DNA of 64,000 nucleotides, from NCBI RefSeq assembly GCF_036971445.1, contig NC_091469.1, positions 67,704,001 through 67,768,000 on the forward strand. Reading direction: 5' to 3'. Position 1 is the stretch's first letter, and every line of letters starts with the position of its first letter. The notes beneath the pieces are model-generated. The model made no database searches. It saw nothing but the letters and a program-made list of their open reading frames with translations, and had not been told where the DNA came from. The DNA comes from Narcine bancroftii (taxonomy: Eukaryota). The position numbers were made by a program, and so were the translations under genes. Shown piece by piece: positions 63,915-64,000 of the stretch.

Positions 63915-64000
63915 AAACACACAAATGCTGGAGAAACTCAGGAAGTCAAACAGTGCCTTTATGTAGCAAACGTTTCAAGCTTGAGCCCTTCATCAAGGTG
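63915..64000 (-). mobile_element. Penelope-like terminal repeat with a hammerhead motif (runs off the window)
   Basis: Minus strand: caccTTGATGAagggctcaagcttGAAACGTT. Confidence 0.7.

Overview
This is vertebrate genomic DNA, most likely from a cartilaginous fish (ray or shark), inferred from its CR1, Penelope, L1, Gypsy and RTE repeat families. It is not prokaryotic, and I see no CRISPR array, rRNA or tRNA gene. The only host gene is the 3' half of ERCC6L2 on the minus strand. Four exons have clean GT-AG boundaries with matching phases (63327-63479, 51500-51580, 23355-24510, 21238-21392). The next exon (~19529-19713) and the first ~280 nt of the terminal exon are frameshifted and contain stops, yet the last 245 codons with the conserved C-terminal motifs remain open. 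The rest is dense, nested transposon sequence: two full-length Gypsy proviruses with LTRs, PBS, PPT and TSDs; an internally deleted Gypsy; two solo LTRs; a full-length L1; a full-length CR1 with tandem 5' repeats; a Buster-type hAT; Harbinger- and Tc1-type MITEs; Rex/Babar and RTE fragments; Penelope-like remnants with hammerhead-ribozyme motifs; and an ANKRD28 retrocopy joined to a CR1 3' end. Protein homologies are from memory, with no database search. Fragment boundaries without a TSD are approximate.
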